Shown one piece after another: positions 26,363-40,404 of a stretch of DNA of 63,885 bases. Made by a program: the position numbers and the translations under genes. This DNA comes from Octopus bimaculoides (taxonomy: Eukaryota). The notes beneath the pieces are model-generated. The model was not told the DNA's origin. It worked only from the letters and a program-made list of their open reading frames with translations, and ran no database searches. How positions within the stretch are numbered: position 1 is the first letter of the stretch; every line of letters begins with the position of its first letter. The stretch is from contig NC_069004.1 of NCBI RefSeq assembly GCF_001194135.2, positions 18,697,699 to 18,761,583 on the forward strand, written 5' to 3'.

Positions 26363-28258
26363 TTTTAAATAATGGAGTCCTGGCTAGGGAACAGTTTGGG
26401 TAACTCTATTCTATATAGTCTCAAGCTGCATGAAATAGCAAACCAAATTTCCTTCAATTCACACATTATCTTCAAAAGGGAATACATTGAACAATGTAGG
26501 ACCTGGTATATAAATGGTCGGCTCAATGAAGATTGAGTAGAATTTAAACAGTAATAGAAATGTGTATTTGCCACCATTGTTTAGCCCTAAGTCTATTCCA
26601 ACCAAGGTCAGACCTGTAACACTAAAAAAATTGTAATTTTTTTTGTCTTTAGTCAGTAAGCGTTTTCTTATTTGCTTCTATTTAGAAATCAAAGGAAATG
26701 ACTACTATTCCCTTTAAACTTTGCTTTTGTGACTCAGACACTCATGCTTTTAAACTGACATATATTCCATTGCATTTCAATCAGAATCAGTGTTGAGTTG
26801 CTGAAGCAGAAATATCATTATAGCAAATATTCTGCTCCATACCACAGATTTGCTTGTCACTTGCATGACCTTAACTACTTGAGCATATCCCATAGTGGCT
26901 GACAATATGTGCATCTCTGATCACAATCAGGAGTAGTGGTGATGCATCATAGCCATGTGTTGAGAGGGATTCTTTGGGGTTTGAATAAATGTAAGAAAGA
27001 AAAAAATTTGAAGGAAATATTTAGCCATTTATCATACTTTCTAGGGGTAAGCAAATAGGAAATAACAGTTGCTACCCAAAGACAAAAATTGTGTTATACA
27101 GTGAAGCTGTTCTAGCCATACCCATACACTCTTTTGGTCTCTTTAAAAGTTAGAGCATGAGTAATACAACTGAAAGTTGTCACGTCTTAACATACCATCT
27201 ATCTCTGATGTAAAAAAAAAAAGGACAAAAATATGTTACAACAGCAACAACAACAACATCATCGTTTAGTAATGGAATCAGTACGAAGTTAATGGTTACC
27301 AACAAACATTTTTACCATTCCTGCTGGTTAACATATCAAAATTTTCAAAGATATTTTAATGAGATTAGCAAATTCTTGGCATTGATATGGAATTAAGACA
27401 CACACACACACACACAAAATATACTGATGTAAGAAAAGAAAGAAAAAAAAAAACAGCCACTATGAGACATTATGTTGTGACGTTCATTAATTCTGATGAG
27501 ATATTAATTAAGTCTAGACCTGTGTGTGTGTGTGTGCACATGCATGTATGTGTCTCTTGCGTTTTAGAAAAGCTATGGGCCCTGCCTCACTTATTCAAAC
27601 TAAATAACAAACATCTGCTACAAGTCAATCTTTTCCCTATTTCACAGCAGCATCTGGGGTTTGGGGGCCTTCAGCAGAGACCACTCTGTTACAAACAAGT
27701 GTCCAAACCAAGTTTTCAGTGTTAGGACAGCTCATACAAAGTAGTTTATTCTTCCCTTTTTCCTCCATTTATCTTAGAGACCCTGTAATTAAGTTCTATG
27801 CACTGCACTTCCTCCTCTACGAAATCATCAACATCAACATCATCACTATCACAAAAATGCAAGCATAGCTGAGTGGTTAAGAAGCTTGCTTTTTCAACCA
27901 TGTGATTTTGAGTTCAGTCCCACTGTGCTCACGTTGAGCAAGTGTCTTTTACTACGGCCCCAGAATGACCAATACCTTATGAGTGGATTTTGCAGATGGA
28001 AATTGTGTGGAAGCTCATCATACATACGTGTGTGTGTGTACATGTTTTGGATTATGTGCTTGTCACCTCACTGATTGACAAGCAGTATTGGTTTGTCTAC
28101 ATTCCCATAACTTAGTGCTTCAGCAAAATGAATTAATAGAATTGCTAGTACTTAAGAATAAGTACTGGGATTGAATTGTTTTTTGACTAAAACATTCAGC
28201 CACAGTTCAGTGACTGAAACAAGTAAAAGATAAATGATAGTATATTTTTTTTCAACAT

Positions 28259-28710
28259 AGTGGCTGTGTGGTAAGTAGCTTGCTTACCAACCACATGGTT
28301 CCGGGTTCAGTCCCACTGCGTGGCACCTTGGGCAAGTGTCTTCTACTATAGCCTCGGACCAACCAAAGCCTTGTGAGTGGATTTGGTAGATGGAAACTGA
28401 AAGAAGCCCGTTATATATATATGCATATGTATATATATATGTGTGTGTTTATGTGTCTGTGTTTGTCCCCCCCAACATCACTTGACAACCGATGCTGGTG
28501 TGTTTATGTCCCCGCAACTTAGCAGTTCGGCAAAAGAGACTGATAGAATAAGTACTAGGCTTATAGAGAATAAGTCCTGGGGTCGATTTGCTCAACTAAA
28601 GGTGGTGCTCCAGCATGGCCGCAGTCAAATGACTGAAACAAGTAAAAGAGTTAAGAGTATGGGCAGTGCCCCAGTATGGCCACAGTCAAATGACTGAAGC
28701 AAGTAAGAGG
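28259..28710 (+). mobile_element. SINE family A, near full length, with a duplicated 3' terminal unit
   Basis: Head TGGCTGTGTGGTAAG..GGTTCAGTCCC; tail GGCCGCAGTCAAATGACTGAAACAAGTAAAAGAG repeated in variant form at 28677-28710. Confidence 0.9.
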
Positions 28711-31700
28711 TAAAAGTTAATGGAACAAAAAAACAGAGATGGTCATATATGGAACACCTTCGATCATAGATTTGCTCAATCAGAAATTAAAAAGGGTTAA
28801 ATAACAATAGAGACACCAACTAAGACAATTGGTTCACATGTCATTGACCCCCCAGGAAGGAATCAAAGACAAAGGCCAAACTGACCCTGCCAATACTTCA
28901 ATACAGGAACGTAAATGGGATGTAACTAAATACCACAAGGAATTTAGTCTGGCATTTACCCATTTCTGCTGCTCCATCGATCCGAGAAAATAGATTTTGT
29001 CTGCCTCACTAAATCTTACAAGCTAAGTTGTTGTTATTGGTTACTACCAACATGGAGCTCTGCCTGTATATCTAGTTGAACTACTAATGGTGCTGCTGCT
29101 ACATGCAAGCAGAACATGAAAGAAAACTGCAACAAAATAAAAATAAAAAAAGAGAGAGAGATAGAGCAAAAAAAATACAAAAGTTGGATTCCTTTCATGG
29201 AAAGTGTTTTGAAAAAATTCTTGAGAATTTTGTACTATGACAATACCAGAAATGAAAAGAAGTGTTAAGAGGAACATTGTTATGAAGATTCTGGACTGAA
29301 GACAGAATGAAGAATTTTACTGGCAGATCATGTCTAACAGCCACACACACACACACAGGTACAAAAAGAAAAGCATGAGATAGAGAAGACAGGTCACCAG
29401 ACAGGAAACCTTGCAAGGGGACCTTAAGTTTATTAACAGACAATGGGAATACACAATCAATGGAGGACACTAAATAGCTGCGCAAGTCCTGCAAGTCAGA
29501 ATGACTGTTCCAGCACATCTCCCAGCCATCTTCCAGGGCAATGCCTTTTCCATTTTATTGGTTGGGACCATGGGGTAGACTGAATTACAGGAAATTCTAT
29601 GTTCCACTCCTTATTCCTAATAATATCAAAATAATGTGTACTCAATGCTAGCAGGGACTGACTGAGTCAAGGAGGAAAGGGGAGACAACCATGAACTCCA
29701 GTTTGGTTATATTTTCAGTGCTTGTTAAGTTGGGCAACAAATTATCCTCTAACCCAATGTTCCTCAGGCTGACTCCCATAGCAATTCAATATCTAAAAAA
29801 TCCTATTAAATATTATTAGAAATTGTATTAAAAAAAATGAATGTTAAAATATTTTGTGTATAACCAATTTATTGCAGATAAATTTTAACAAGAAAATCTT
29901 ATATGGATCTTTAAGAGTCATATGGACCCCAATTGAGAACCTCTGCTCTAACCAGACTTGAGATCCAAATATTTACAAAATAGTCTATTAAAGGTACGGA
30001 CAAACCATGTGGTTGTGTTAAACTAGATTAAGAAAACCCATGATGAAAGACATTCCAAATGTGATCATCCACTCTGTTTTCTATGCGCAGGAAACCTAGG
30101 ACCATATAATCTGATATAGATCATGATCAGAGGAAAATTTGGCTGTTATTTCTAGCACATTGAATACCTATCTTTTAACTTTTAGTTGTTTCAATCAGTG
30201 GACTTTGGTTATCCTGGGGTACTACTTTGAAAGGTTTAACCAAACAACCCTAAAAGTCATTTTTTACCAAACTGCTAAGTTATGAGGATATAAACAAACC
30301 AACACCATACGATGGTGGGGGAGGGCAAAGACAAACACAAAGATACATACACACCTACATATATGACAAGTTTCTTTCCATCAACCAAATCCACTCAAAG
30401 GCTTTGTTCAGCCGAAGGCTGAAGACACTTAGCCAAGGTGCAATGCAGTGGAACTGAACCCAGAACCATGAGGTTAGGAAGCAAACTTATTACCATACAG
30501 CCACACCTGTTCCTGTCCACGCAGCTCAATTACAATTGCATATTATTAAGACAGATGATACTTCTCACTTGCAATATCTCCTTTGTATATTCTCGGATGA
30601 AAAAGCAAAAACAGGAGAAAGAACATCTGACTCATCTCTTTCTCATGGTACCTTTCAACAGTTGGCTGAACTGTGCCTACCTAGTGGTATCTGCTTACAG
30701 ATAGATGGACTGTGCTTACCACATTTACGATTCCATACCTAATTTCTATGTGTTTATTATTTACAACTGTGGATCATCCCATGGCTGTATCCATTCAAAG
30801 TTACATGGGATGGAACTGAAGTGCTAATATGTAATGAGTGACTTGTCTAAGAACACACTGCAAAAACTGTCTCAGTGATATAAAGTGAATCTCCAACCAT
30901 TCAGAACCTCCCACACCAACTCTTCTCCAACTCAACTTAATGCTCTACTCAAATGAGTGACTCATGTTGACTTCCATCTTGAAGAGTAGGAACTAACCTG
31001 TTTCAGGGAGATGGATGGCTCACCATTTCTATAATACATGCACATGTCTGAATACCTCTCCCCCTGTCCCCCTCTGTAGGTGTGTGTGTGAGTGTGTAGA
31101 CCGACATTTGTCATTTCATTTATGTGTGTGTTTACACACACACACATACATATATACTTATATATATATATATATATTAGATAGATAGATAGATAGATAT
31201 CTAGAATTTGTGAGCATGTGTATGTCTCTGTTAGTGTGTGTGTGTGTTGGCATCTATAAATGTAAATGCAGAGTTTCTTGTCTAAAGGGTACTCAACCAG
31301 ATTTTGATTAGTATGTGTGTGTGTGTGTGTGAATGTACTGCTTTCATAATTTTAAGGACCCCTGTCTTAAGGACTCAATTATATTTTGTTAATAGGGTTT
31401 TGTGTATTTCACAAAGTGTGTGTGTGTGTGTGTTAAATGTAAGGAGAGAAATCATTTTTCTGAAGGGGCAAACTAATTTTACTAAGCTTTTGTGTGCACA
31501 CAGTCATTTTTACAAACAAGCATGTGTGTGTGCATGTGTGTGTGTGTGTGTGTGCATACACATGTATGTCTATATGTGTATATATACATGTCTCCTTGTG
31601 TGGGTGTCAGCTGACTCAGTGTCTGTAAGAACTTCTATATTAACCAGCAAATGTTTAGAACCACTTGTCTCACAACAGACCAGTTTATTGAAGGTCATAT

Positions 31701-31764
31701 GTGGTGTGAATCAAATTTTTTCTTTCTGCCATGTGACAAGATGCCTTCATATTAAACCAATATC

Positions 31765-32360
31765 AGAGAGCAAGCTGGCAGAATCATTAGCAGAATGTTA
31801 GCTGCATTTCATCTGTCCTTACATTCTGAGTTCAAATTCCATCAAGCTTTACTTTGCCTGTCATGCTTTCAGGGTCACTAAAATAAGTACCAGTTGGACA
31901 CTGGGGTTGATGTAGTCGACTTACCCCACCCCCAAAATTGCTGGCCTTGTGCCAAAATTTGAAGCAAGCTGGGTGGAATGTTTAGAGGCATTTCATGTTC
32001 TTTCGTTCTGAGTTCAAATTCTGCCAAAGCTGACTTTGCCTTTCATCCTTTCAGGGTCCAATGTAACTGACTTACCCCTTCCCCCCAAATTGCTGGCCTT
32101 GTGCCAAAATTTGAAACCAATATCATATCAATATAAAGCGGCATGCTGGCAGAATTGTTACTGCACCAGGCAATATGCTTAACAGCATTTCATCCATCTT
32201 TACATTCCGAGTTCAAATTCCACCAGCATCTACTTTATCTTTCATCCTTTCAGGGTCAATAAATCAAGTACCAGCTGAGCATTGGGGTTGAAGTAAATCG
32301 ACTTACCTCCTCCCCCTCGAAGTTGCTAGCCTTGTGCCAAAGTTTGAAATCAATATCTTA
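31765..32360 (+). mobile_element. Tandem cluster of three SINE B copies
   Basis: Three consecutive GAGTTCAAATT..CTTTCAGGGTC..TTGTGCCAAAATTTGAA modules. Confidence 0.85.
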
Positions 32361-33109
32361 TAACAATATCCTTTTACCATCCACATTATTGTTGTTGTTG
32401 CTGCTATTAATGTTGTTTTGAGTTAATAATTGCTCTAAGACATTGGTTCTCAACCAGGGTCCATATAAGATTTTGTTGTTAAAATTTATGAACAATAAAC
32501 TGGTTGAACTTTTTACATTACACAAAATAATTGAATAACTTTTTCATACAATTCCTAATAATATATAATTATAAAAATATAATAGAAATTTTGTAAACAT
32601 CAAATGTCTATGAGGACCCATCTAAGTAAAATAGGAACCAAAAGGGTCCATAGGTTTAAAAATGGTTGAGAAGAACTATACTAACAGTTTCTGACAAAAT
32701 TGTTAAGAATATAAGACGTGACCAGGACAGTTCTGGAATCTAGACTGAATCAGGCAGATTCTGCAGAAGAAATGTTCATGGTTCAATGGAGAGGAAGGTG
32801 GAGTGCAGAAAGCAAGATGAAGCAAGTGAGGCCCCTTGGTCATCTAAAGTATGAATTTCCATTCCCAGTCACCTTGACCTGGTCAAGCTTCAATGCTCGT
32901 TTTCGCAGGGTTTATGCAGTTGGATGCCCTTTATAATGTCACCCACACTACAGAGTAGACAGAGTGCTTTCTCTGTAGTACCAGCACCTGAGAGGTTGTC
33001 TAGGAACATGCAAGACAAAGAAAAAGTGTACCTTGACTGAATGGGGGAGAGGGGTTGGAGTAGAGAGTAAGGTGGCTTTATGTCAGGTGTTGATGGATTA
33101 AAACATGAT

Positions 33110-33905
33110 GACTGGCACTCCATTGGCTACGAAAATGAGGGTTCCAGTTGATCCAATTGACGGAACAGCCTGCTTGTGAAAATTAATGTACAAATGGCTT
33201 AACACTCTACAGACATGCATTCCCTTAAGGTAACTCTCAGAGAGATTCAGCATGACATGGAATGTGACAAGGCTGACCCTTTGAATTACAGGTACAACTC
33301 ATTTTGGCCAGCTGAGTGGACTGGAGTAATGTGAAACAAGACATCTTGCTCAAGGACACAATGCACCACCAGGTATTGAACTCACAACCATTCAACTGTG
33401 AGCCAAATACCCTAACCGCTAAGCCATGCACCTTCACTTGATAAAGGGACAGGTGCAGGTATTTGGCTATAGAGGAGATAAATGGTTACCCTACATAATA
33501 TAAGGGTGGATGGGGGTAACTGGAAAGAAGTCAATGACGGTAGTGATAAGGGGCCACAGCATATTCTCAGAGTACATGTATATGAAGTAGGAGCACTCCG
33601 TCGGTTATGATGACGAGGGTCCCAGCTGATTCGATCAATGGAACAGCTTGCTCGTGAAATTAACGTGCAAGTGGCTGAGCATTCCACAGACACATGTACC
33701 CCCAACGTAGTTCTCAGGGAGATTCAGTGTGACACAGAGTGTAACAAGGCCAGCCCTTTGAAATACAGGTACTACTCATTTTTGCCAGCTGAGTGGACTG
33801 GAGCAATGTGAAATAAAGTGTCTTGCTCAAGGACACAACGCGTCGCCGAGAATTGAACTCAAGACCTTACGACCATGAGCCGAATGCCCTAACCACTAAG
33901 CCACG
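33110..33905 (-). mobile_element. Two SINE family F copies (33110-33435 and 33595-33905); further copies at 23560-23875, 41135-41455 and 44480-44670 (+)
   Basis: Shared GCCAGCTGAGTGGACTGGAG.AATGTGAAA.AAG..TCTTGCTCAAGGACACAA and a tRNA-like head. Confidence 0.85.
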
Positions 33906-35070
33906 TGCCTAAGAGAGAATATAGACAAAATCATAAAGGGTCAGTGGGTAAGTTCATAAGAGTATTAGGGAACAGTAATAAATGCTTAATGATGTATGTA
34001 AGAGTGGATACAGAGAATCCTGAAAAAGGGTGGAGTGAAAATTCATTAATTTTTTCTTACAAGAGACGTATCCTCGCAAGTTCTTACGAATTTATAAATT
34101 AAACCCTGTCTACTAAAAAGGTTCTTTCTCACTACTTTATATGGATGCTCAACAAGCTAGAAATAACAGCCAAATTCTTGTGAATCAGATCAAACCATAT
34201 GTAAATAAGAAGGTATATTAGATAATGGAGCCCTATATACACAGAAAGAGACGAAAATTTTAAGCAAAGCAGATTTGTGGATACAAAAAAACACAACAAC
34301 AGCACGTCACTGAACAGCAAAACTGCAGTCTACTGCACACCACTGCAGTCTTCAACACACTGCTGCACAACTTTCACTATAATCTATGAGATACCATGAC
34401 TACAGAAATCATTAAAAGGTCATTGGCTCTCTCATTCTACTTTACGGGATGAACAATAGAATACTTTAGACACACACACACACACGTGTGTGTGTGTGTA
34501 TATATATACATGCACATATAAATATATATATAGGTCACTGGCTATATATATATAGTTTATATGCATATATATATATATATACATACATATATAGTTTATA
34601 TGCATATATCATCATCATCGTTTAACATCCGCTTTATATATATATATATATATATATATAGTTTATATATATATATATATATATATANNNNNNNNNNNNN
34701 NNNNNNNNNNNNNNNNNNNNNNNNNNNNNNNNNNNNNNNNNNNNNNNNNNNNNNNNNNNNNNNNNNNNNNNNNNNNNNNNNNNNNNNNNNNNNNNNNNNN
34801 NNNNNNNNNNNNNNNNNNNNNNNNNNNNNNNNNNNNNNNNNNNNNNNNNNNNNNNNNNNNNNNNNNNNNNNNNNNNNNNNNNNNNNNNNNNNNNNNNNNN
34901 NNNNNNNNNNNNNNNNNNNNNNNNNNNNNNNNNNNNNNNNNNNNNNNNCTAGTAATTATTCTATTGAACTTTCTAACCAAACCACTAATTTTGGGGACAT
35001 AAACACACCAGCATCGGTTGCCAAGCAATGCTAGGAGGACAAACACAGACACACAAACATACACACACAT

Positions 35071-35121
<51 letters not shown>

Positions 35122-35212
35122 CATATATATGACAGGCTTCTTTCAGTTTCCATCTACCAAATCCACTTACAAGGCTTAGGTCGGCCTGAGGCTATAGTAG
35201 AAGACACTCAGC

Positions 35213-35733
35213 TTACTCAAGAAATGAAGAGGCATGATGTTATTGTGCGATTTATAAAAGTTGCCATAGCTTTCGTCTACAAAGTTTGTAAGGAGCTAGA
35301 AACAGAAGATGGAAATGTATCACCAGTATCAAAGCATAAAAAGCATTGTAAATGTTCTGAAGCCATCAGAACACCTGAATTTATCCAGCAAGTTCAACAG
35401 ACCATTGATTACAATCCGAGAAAGTCCATGAGGTTAATTGCAAAAGATCTCTGTGTTAGAAGGAACAGTCAGAAATGTTGTCCACGGAGACATCAGATAT
35501 AAATCTTATATGACAAGGACAGGTCATTTTGTCAGAAAAAGCAAAAGAAAATCACTACATCGGATCTAAAAGGCTTTTAAACAAACTGAAAAATCCGGCA
35601 GAAGGAGATTTGATTTGGTTCTTCTCAAACAAGAAAAACCTCGACCAAGATCAAAAAGTTAACAGAAGAAATGACAGATGGTTATGTGGAGACCCTTCTG
35701 AAGTTCCAAGTGTTACGCATACAAAACAAATGT
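35213..35733 (+). mobile_element. maT/Bmmar1-like (DD37D-type) Tc1/mariner transposase fossil
   Basis: RTPEFIQQVQQTIDYNPRKSMRLIAKDL (HTH) and KRLLNKLK...WFFSNKKNLDQDQKVNRRNDRW (decayed FSDEK..N..NDR); frameshifted and truncated. Confidence 0.75.
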
Positions 35734-36694
35734 CTTATAAACATCTCTCACACTGCAATTGTTTTTGTTTCAGCACATGATCTCAGATCAAGTCACTTGC
35801 TATGCAAGTACATCTCTGTAACATATATATATATATATATATATATATANNNNNNNNNNNNNNNNNNNNNNNNNNNNNNNNNNNNNNNNNNNNNNNNNNN
35901 NNNNNNNNNNNNNNNNNNNNNNNNNNNNNNNNNNNNNNNNNNNNNNNNNNNNNNNNNNNNNNNNNNNNNNNNNNNNNNNNNNNNNNNNNNNNNNNNNNNN
36001 NNNNNNNNNNNNNNNNNNNNNNNNNNNNNNNNNNNNNNNNNNNNNNNNNNNNNNNNNNNNNNNNNNNNNNNNNNNNNNNNNNNNNNNNNNNNNNNNNNNN
36101 NNNNNNNNNNNNNNNNNNNNNNNNNNNNNNNNNNNNNNNNNNNNNNNNNNNNNNNNNNNNNNNNNNNNNNNNNNNNNNNNNNNNNNNNNNNNNNNNNNNN
36201 NNNNNNNNNNNNNNNNNNNNNNNNNNNNNNNNNNNNNNNNNNNNNNNNNNNNNNNNNNNNNNNNNNNNNNNNNNNNNNNNNNNNNNNNNNNNNNNNNNNN
36301 NNNNNNNNNNNNNNNNNNNNNNNNNNNNNNNNNNNNNNNNNNNNNNNNNNNNNNNNNNNNNNNNNNNNNNNNNNNNNNNNNNNNNNNNNNNNNNNNNNNN
36401 NNNNNNNNNNNNNNNNNNNNNNNNNNNNNNNNNNNNNNNNNNNNNNNNNNNNNNNNNNNNNNNNNNNNNNNNNNNNNNNNNNNNNNNNNNNNNNNNNNNN
36501 NNNNNNNNNNNNNNNNNNNNNNNNNNNNNNNNNNNNNNNNNNNNNNNNNNNNNNNNNNNNNNNNNTATATATATATATATGTTGTTGTACTTGGGGATGG
36601 TCATATTGCCAGTTTAGCCAATAAAAACACACGCACTGTATATTTGGTGTTAATTTGCTTCAGCTTTATATTACATTAATCTTAATCTTATTTC

Positions 36695-36739
36695 GGCCAG
36701 AGTTCTTTCGTCACACTTCTGTGACCTCATCAGTGGTCC
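36695..36739 (-). ncRNA. Identical hammerhead motif in the left arm
   Basis: Exact reverse complement of 36964-37008. Confidence 0.7.
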
Positions 36740-36963
36740 TTTGTTTCCTTCCTTCTTATGTGTGTCTCACCTTGCTAACTATCAGCCATTTTGTATTTTG
36801 TATTCCTATTGTATGTGTCTACGCATGCGTGTCCTTCAATGTGTCTGTGTCTTTTGTAAGTGCATGTGTGTATGGGGAGTGTCTGTATCACCTATATTCT
36901 CTGTTAATACAGAGTATATAGGTGATACAGACACTCCCCATACATAAGAAGGAAGGAAACAAA

Positions 36964-37008
36964 GGACCACTGATGAGGTCACAGAAGTGTGACGAAAGAA
37001 CTCTGGCC
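36964..37008 (+). ncRNA. Minimal type-I hammerhead ribozyme motif
   Basis: GG(A)CCA-CUGAUGA-G-GUCACA(GAAG)UGUGAC-GAAA-GAAC-UC^-UGGCC: stem I, core, 6-bp stem II, GAAA, minimal stem III and NUH site all in the correct order. Confidence 0.7.
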
Positions 37009-37589
37009 GAAATAAGATTAAGATTAATGTAATATAAAGCTGAAGCAAATTAACACCAAATATACAGTGCATGTGTTTTTATTGGCTAAACTGGCAATAT
37101 GACNNNNNNNNNNNNNNNNNNNNNNNNNNNNNNNNNNNNNNNNNNNNNNNNNNNNNNNNNNNNNNNNNNNNNNNNNNNNNNNNNNNNNNNNNNNNNNNNN
37201 NNNNNNNNNNNNNNNNNNNNNNNNNNNNNNNNNNNNNNNNNNNNNNNNNNNNNNNNNNNNNNNNNNNNNNNNNNNNNNNNNNNNNNNNNNNNNNNNNNNN
37301 NNNNNNNNNNNNNNNNNNNNNNNNNNNNNNNNNNNNNNNNNNNNNNNNNNNNNNNNNNNNNNNNNNNNNNNNNNNNNNNNNNNNNNNNNNNNNNNNNNNN
37401 NNNNNNNNNNNNNNNNNNNNNNNNNNNNNNNNNNNNNNNNNNNNNNNNNNNNNNNNNNNNNNNNNNNNNNNNNNNNNNNNNNNNNNNNNNNNNNNNNNNN
37501 NNNNNNNNNNNNNNNNNNNNNNNNNNNNNNNNNNNNNNNNNNNNNNNNNNNNNNNNNNNNNNNNNNNNNNNNNNNNNNNNNNNNNNNNN

Positions 37590-37646
<57 letters not shown>

Positions 37647-38786
37647 TAAATAATATATAAATATATGCATAAATCCATACATATATGTACATAGCTACAT
37701 CTATATGTATACATACATGCATATATGGGTACAGGACATAAAAAAAAAACGATATATATATATAAACCAATAACACACTTATTCAGGTAATTTAAAAAAA
37801 AAAGAAACAACAGAGATTAACAAAATAAGTACCAGTAATATACTGAGTCAAATCATTATCTGACCTTGTGCCAAAGCTAGAAATCAATATCATCACCATC
37901 ATTGTTGCTGTTGTTGTTGATGTTAAAGCTAGTGAGCTGGCAGAATCGTTAAGCACAGCAGACAAAATCCTTAGCAGTACTAAGTCCACCTTTATGCTCT
38001 GAGTTTTAATTCCACTGAGGTTGATTTTGTCTCACATCCTTTCAGGGTTAATAATTTAAGTACTAGTTAAGTGCTGGGGTTGATGTAATTGACTAGACCT
38101 CTCCCCACAAATTTCAGGAATTGTGCCTATAGTAGAAAGCATTATCATTATTAAGGCAACACAGTGACCTTGCAGCACTGTTGCTTAGTGGCATTTCATT
38201 CATATTATGTTCTGAGTTCAAATTTCACCGAGGTTGACTTTGCCTTTCATCCTTTCAAGGTTGATAAAATAAGTACCTGTTGAGTACTGGGGGTCAATGT
38301 AATCAACTTCACCTGAAATTGCTGGCCTGGTGCCAAAATTTGAAATCTTCATTTTTATTATCATTATTGTTATTAAGGTAGCAAGCTGCTAGAATAGACA
38401 GCATGTCAGACAAAATGTTCAGTGGCATTTCTTCTGACTCATTACACTTTGAGCTCTCATCCCACCACGGTCAGCATGGTCTTTCTAATTTTAGCACAAA
38501 GCCAGCAATTTTGAGGCAAGTAAGATAAAGGATTACATTGACTTCAGTGTTGACTGGTATTCATTTAATTGACACTGAACAAATGAAAGTTAAAGCCAAC
38601 TTTGGCAGAATTTGAACTCGGAACGTAAAGGGCCACTATGAATTTTGTCCAGTGTACTCACAATTCTGCTAGCATGCCAATAATAGTTTCTGGTTTTGAA
38701 GCAAAACATGTAATTTTGAAGGTGTGAGTTTAGTCGATTACACTGAACCCAGTACATGACTGGTATTTTATTTTAAAAGACATTCA

Positions 38787-39063
38787 AGCGAGATCGTTGC
38801 CAGTGTTGCCGAACTGGCTCCTGTGCAGGTGGCACATAAAACACACCATTTTGAGTGTAGCTGTTGCCAGTACCACCTGACTGGCCTTCGTGCCGGTGGC
38901 ATGTAAAAGCACCCACTACACTCTCGGAGTGGTTGGCAGCTGTAGAAACTCTGCCAAATCAGATTGGAGCCTGGTGTAGCCATCTGGTTCACCAGTCCTC
39001 AGTCAAATTGTCCAACCCATGCTAGCATGGAAAGCGGACGTTAAACGACGATGATGATGATGA
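38787..39063 (+). mobile_element. RTE-type 3'UTR/tail module with (GAT)n end
   Basis: GTAAAAGCACCCACTACACTCTCGGAGTGGTTGGC...CCATGCTAGCATGGAAAGCGGACGTTAAACGACGATGATGA, homologous to the UTR at 19680-19860. Confidence 0.8.
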
Positions 39064-39380
39064 CTTCAAAAGGATGACAGGCAAAGTTGGACCTCAAAGG
39101 AATCTGAACTCAGAGTGTAAAGAATTCGAAACAAATACTGGAAAATATTTACCCCAACACCACCAATGTGTCTGTCACCCATGATGATAATGGTGATGAT
39201 GATGGTTTCTGAATTTTGAGCACAAGGATAGCAGTTTTGGGGAAGAGGATATGTCAATTACATTGACCCCCAGGATTAAAGGCAAAGTTGACCTCAACAC
39301 AATTTGAGCTTAGAACATAAAGATGGACAAAATACCACTAAACATTTTGCTCAGTGTGCTTATGATTCTGCCAGTTATTA

Positions 39381-39427
<47 letters not shown>

Positions 39428-40404
39428 CATAACAATGATTATAATTATGGTTATAATAATAAATTGCAAATTAACATTTTGTTTGTTTGTTTCTTTCTCT
39501 ATAACATAATCATTTCTGGAAACAAGCTTCATCAGCTGATTTTATCACGAGATTTACTCATCTCATATACATACATTTATACACTCAGAAACTTATATAT
39601 TTACATACACAGAGTCAGAGGCAACTTGACAAAAGTACATACACACATACAGACACACTACAAAAAAAATATACAGAGGCACACATTCACTGAGAAGCAT
39701 ACACATACACAAACAGAGGTACATACACATTTATCATCATCATCATCGTTTAACATCTGTTTTCCATGCTGGCATGAGTTGGACGTTTTGACTGAGGTCT
39801 GGAGAACCAGCAGCTGCACCAGGCTCCAATCTGATCATTTATACACAGAAAAAAAAACACACACACTTAGAGAGGCACATGCACAAGCATGAAGACCAAC
39901 ACAAACACACACAGAAATGAAGATACAAGTAACATATACAAACAAACACACACACAGAAGTACACATATAAACACACATATTACACATAGAGAAACACAT
40001 ACATATGCAAGCACCAACCCCATTCTATCCTAACACATAAAATATAATTTAATTGACCCTAAAACTGGAACTCATTAACATTTACAGCTTCTATTTAAAC
40101 TTCAACTAAAGATATAATTAATTAATTACTTAATTAATTAATTAATTAATTTCTACTTATTAAATGCAGAGGTAAAATTTGCTGAATGGGTAAAATATTT
40201 GACAGAGTAACCCACAAGTCATCAGTTCAAACCTGGCATTAGGACTATGTTGTCACAAGGACACAACCCTGTGTATTCTGCTTTGGCTCAATTCAGAACT
40301 AACTGACTTATGGATCACCTCAGCCATGACCAGCCCATCTGTTTTTTGCAAGGCTGTCATATATAAATATTGGACTGCATTCTCAACAAAGTCTTTTATT
40401 TGAT

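Larger units (their letters stand above)
36600..37103. mobile_element. Foldback (inverted) repeat, probable Penelope-like pseudo-LTR pair
   Basis: Arms 36600-36760 and 36943-37103 are reverse complements (161 bp, one mismatch seen); inner hairpin 36869-36944; bounded by (TA)n and gaps. Confidence 0.85.
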
